Assembly (NCBI RefSeq): GCF_947503415.1
Contig: NZ_CANNDS010000006.1
Location: forward strand, 10,562-74,561
DNA: 64,000 nt
DNA from: an uncultured Tateyamaria sp.
GTDB lineage: Bacteria > Pseudomonadota > Alphaproteobacteria > Rhodobacterales > Rhodobacteraceae
Direction of reading: 5' to 3'
Under the pieces are notes generated by a model. It worked only from the letters and a program-made list of their open reading frames with translations, was not told the DNA's origin and did no database searches. Shown here piece after piece: positions 61,694-64,000 of the stretch. How positions within the stretch are numbered: the first letter of the stretch is position 1; each line of letters begins with the position of its first letter. Both the position numbers and the translations under genes were made by a program.

Positions 61694-62686
61694 ATGTTTA
61701 ACATCGAATACCAAAACATCTTTACCCAGGTTCAGGTTCAGGGAAATCCCGAATGGGGCATGGACGACAGCGGCGAGATGATGGCGGAGCGGGGCGGCAA
61801 GCCGTTCTTCTCCACCCTCGCGGGCTGGATCGGCAATGCGCAGATCGGACCGATCTACCTGGGCTGGACCGGCATGGTGTCGCTGGCGACGGGCCTGATC
61901 TGGTTCGTCATGGTCGGCATCAACATGCTGAGCCAAGTTGGCTTTTCCATCCCCGAGTTCATTCGGCAACTGTTCTGGCTGGCGCTTGAGCCGCCTTCAC
62001 CGGAATACGGCCTGTCCATGCCACCGCTTGATGAGGGCGGGTGGTACATCATCGCCTCCTTCTTTCTGCTGGTGTCGGTGATGACGTGGCTGTTGCGGTC
62101 CTACCTGCTGGCGGCTGAGCACAAGATGGGCAAACACGTGTTCTGGGCCTTTGCCTCTGCCGTGTGGCTGTTCCTGGTGCTGGGTCTGTTCCGGCCCGTA
62201 TTGATGGGATCATGGAGCGAGGCTGTGCCTTACGGTATCTTCCCCCACCTTGATTGGACCACCGCCTTCTCGATCCGCTACGGCAACCTTTATTACAACC
62301 CGTTCCACTGTCTTTCGATCGTGTTCCTGTATGGCTCTGTCCTGCTGTTCTGTATGCATGGCGGCACCATTCTGGCCGTGACCCGCTATGGCGGCGACCG
62401 CGAGTTGGAGCAGATCTATGACCGCGGCACGGCGACCGAACGGGCGGCCCTGTTCTGGCGCTGGACCATGGGATTCAACGCCACGATGGAGGGTATTCAC
62501 CGATGGGCCTGGTGGTTTGCGGTGCTGACACCCATCACCGGCGGTATCGGCATCCTGCTGACCGGCACGGTGGTCGACAACTGGTTCATCTGGGCGCAGG
62601 AGCACAATTTCGCGCCGATGTATGACGGGGCCTATGGCTACGAAGATTACGGTTCTTACGAAGCCTTTATTGGACAGGAGAACTGA
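61694..62686 (+). CDS. pufM: photosynthetic reaction centre M subunit
   Basis: 330 aa, with [12 protein letters not shown]...[14 protein letters not shown]. Confidence 0.96.
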   Translation: MFNIEYQNIFTQVQVQGNPEWGMDDSGEMMAERGGKPFFSTLAGWIGNAQIGPIYLGWTGMVSLATGLIWFVMVGINMLSQVGFSIPEFIRQLFWLALEPPSPEYGLSMPPLDEGGWYIIASFFLLVSVMTWLLRSYLLAAEHKMGKHVFWAFASAVWLFLVLGLFRPVLMGSWSEAVPYGIFPHLDWTTAFSIRYGNLYYNPFHCLSIVFLYGSVLLFCMHGGTILAVTRYGGDRELEQIYDRGTATERAALFWRWTMGFNATMEGIHRWAWWFAVLTPITGGIGILLTGTVVDNWFIWAQEHNFAPMYDGAYGYEDYGSYEAFIGQEN

Positions 62687-62687
62687 G

Positions 62688-63809
62688 ATGCTTCCCAAGT
62701 GGTTCAATGAATGGAACAAGGCCAATCCGACAAATGTGTTCGGGCCGGCCATCGCCGTGGGCATTGTTGGCAGTGCCGTGTTTGTGGCCGCTCTGGTGGT
62801 GACATGGGGCAACCCGTATCAGACCGAGAGCATGCAGACCGGCCCGCGTGGCACGGGCATGTCGGTGCCGGAATACAACGTGTCCCGCACCGCCCCTGAC
62901 CCCACGATCGAAGCCTACTACACCGAAGAGCCATACGTTCCCGAAGGGGGCGAGGAGCTTGCCAAGGACATTTACGAGAATGTTCAGGTGTTGGGTGAGT
63001 TGACGGATGACAACTTCAACCGTGTGATGCTGGCCATCACGCAGTGGGTGTCACCCGAGGAAGGCTGTGCCTATTGCCACGGAGATGGCGACATTTCGGA
63101 ATACGGGTCGGATGATCTGTACACCAAGGTCGTCAGCCGTCGCATGATCCAGATGACGCAGAACATCAACGAGAACTGGTCGGGTCACGTGAACGCCGTG
63201 GCTGAGGTAGGGGTCAATTGCTATACCTGTCACCGCGGTCAGAACGTGCCCTCCGACATCTGGTTCAACGTCACGCCGGTCAACGAAAACGTTGGCGGCT
63301 GGGCAGCGGTGCAGAACCGGGCCACGGCAATGTCGGCGTCCACCTCGCTGCCTTCGTCGGCGTTGGAGGTCTACCTGACCGACTATGACAGCATGGTGAA
63401 TGTCCACGATCTGGAAAGCCGTGTGGCCGGTGTGCCGGGTATCGACCCTGATGTGGCGACCATCCAGAAGACCGAGATGACCTATTCGCTGATGAATTAC
63501 TTCTCGAACTCGCTGGGTGTGAACTGTGTGTTCTGTCACAACAGCCGCGCCTTTTATGACGCCGGGCAGTACACGCCGCAGTGGGGCATTGCCCAGCAAG
63601 GGCGTCAGATGGTCATCGAGATGAACCAGGAATACCTGATCCCGCTGAAGGACACGTATCCTGCGGAACGGCTTGGCCCGATCTATGCCGATGCGCCGAA
63701 AGCCGCGTGCCGGACCTGCCACAAGGGGTATCAACGTCCCCTTCAGGGCATGAACGTGGTCGCGGACTGGCCTGAACTCGCGTCGACCGAGGCGCCTGTT
63801 TACGAATGA
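62688..63809 (+). CDS. pufC: reaction-centre-bound tetrahaem cytochrome c subunit
   Basis: Internal ATG MLPKWFNEW. It has four CxxCH motifs (CAYCH, CYTCH, CVFCH, CRTCH). Confidence 0.93.
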   Translation: MLPKWFNEWNKANPTNVFGPAIAVGIVGSAVFVAALVVTWGNPYQTESMQTGPRGTGMSVPEYNVSRTAPDPTIEAYYTEEPYVPEGGEELAKDIYENVQVLGELTDDNFNRVMLAITQWVSPEEGCAYCHGDGDISEYGSDDLYTKVVSRRMIQMTQNINENWSGHVNAVAEVGVNCYTCHRGQNVPSDIWFNVTPVNENVGGWAAVQNRATAMSASTSLPSSALEVYLTDYDSMVNVHDLESRVAGVPGIDPDVATIQKTEMTYSLMNYFSNSLGVNCVFCHNSRAFYDAGQYTPQWGIAQQGRQMVIEMNQEYLIPLKDTYPAERLGPIYADAPKAACRTCHKGYQRPLQGMNVVADWPELASTEAPVYE

Positions 63810-63814
63810 AGTGG

Positions 63815-63872
63815 GGCGGGCGACACGCCCGCCTGACGCGCCGGACCAAGTCAGGCGGAGGTGTCCTCCGCC
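63815..63872 (+). terminator. two tandem perfect hairpins after pufC (puf 3' end)
   Basis: GGCGGGCG-aca-CGCCCGCC (63815-63833) and GGCGGAGG-tgt-CCTCCGCC (63854-63872). There is no strong T tract. Confidence 0.55.
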
Positions 63873-64000
63873 GCCCCCGGCGCCCCCAAGATGTGACGGA
63901 TGTGGTTTGCCCGCTTTCGTGACGCCAGGCGCGGGTCATTGGCTTCCTTGACCCACGTACGGGATCAACCGGTCCCGGTTCCCTTCCTGTTGGCTACAGG

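Noticed and set aside
63613-63939. 108-aa minus-strand ORF overlapping the pufC end and the downstream hairpins
   Set aside because: It overlaps the 3' end of a confident gene and the terminator hairpins, has an Arg-rich composition and has no recognisable motif.

Overview
High-GC alphaproteobacterial DNA that looks Rhodobacterales/roseobacter-like, judged only from gene content and protein motifs (no database search was possible). About 53 kb (10.9-63.8 kb) is a complete aerobic anoxygenic photosynthesis gene cluster (PGC): idi-bchP-pucC-bchG-ppsR-ppaA on the minus strand; bchFNBHLM-lhaA-puhABC-orf-acsF-puhE-hemA on the plus strand; bchO-bchD-bchI-crtA on the minus strand; crtIB-tspO; crtDC; crtEF; and bchCXYZ-pufQBALMC. 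It has acsF and pufC, and there is no pufX, bchE or pucBA in the window. The left 10 kb holds ordinary metabolic genes: an ABC substrate-binding protein, panBC, an M20 deacylase, an MBL/rhodanese pair and glpKD. The unusual part is that the PGC is split at 33.2-41.6 kb by cycA, opgG, mscS and dinB cargo plus a complete plasmid-type maintenance module. That module has a small DnaA-like/RepC-like initiator, a candidate oriV with a perfect DnaA box, and parA-parB. A 14-16 bp palindrome (T)GTCCCCGCGGGGAC(A) occurs 13 times (10 exact) only between 39.0 and 43.7 kb. Eight of those copies lie inside the coding sequences of parA, parB, bchO and bchD. Other notable points: a Doc-type toxin-antitoxin pair at the tspO/crtC junction; a 182-bp inverted-repeat element between bchI and bchD; a REP-like repeat family in bch intercistronic gaps, with one copy in frame inside bchB; a translationally coupled small ORF between bchX and bchY; a crtC with no canonical start codon near its conserved N-terminus; and eight TGT-N12-ACA (PpsR-type) operators. 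All functional calls rest on recognisable motifs and synteny.
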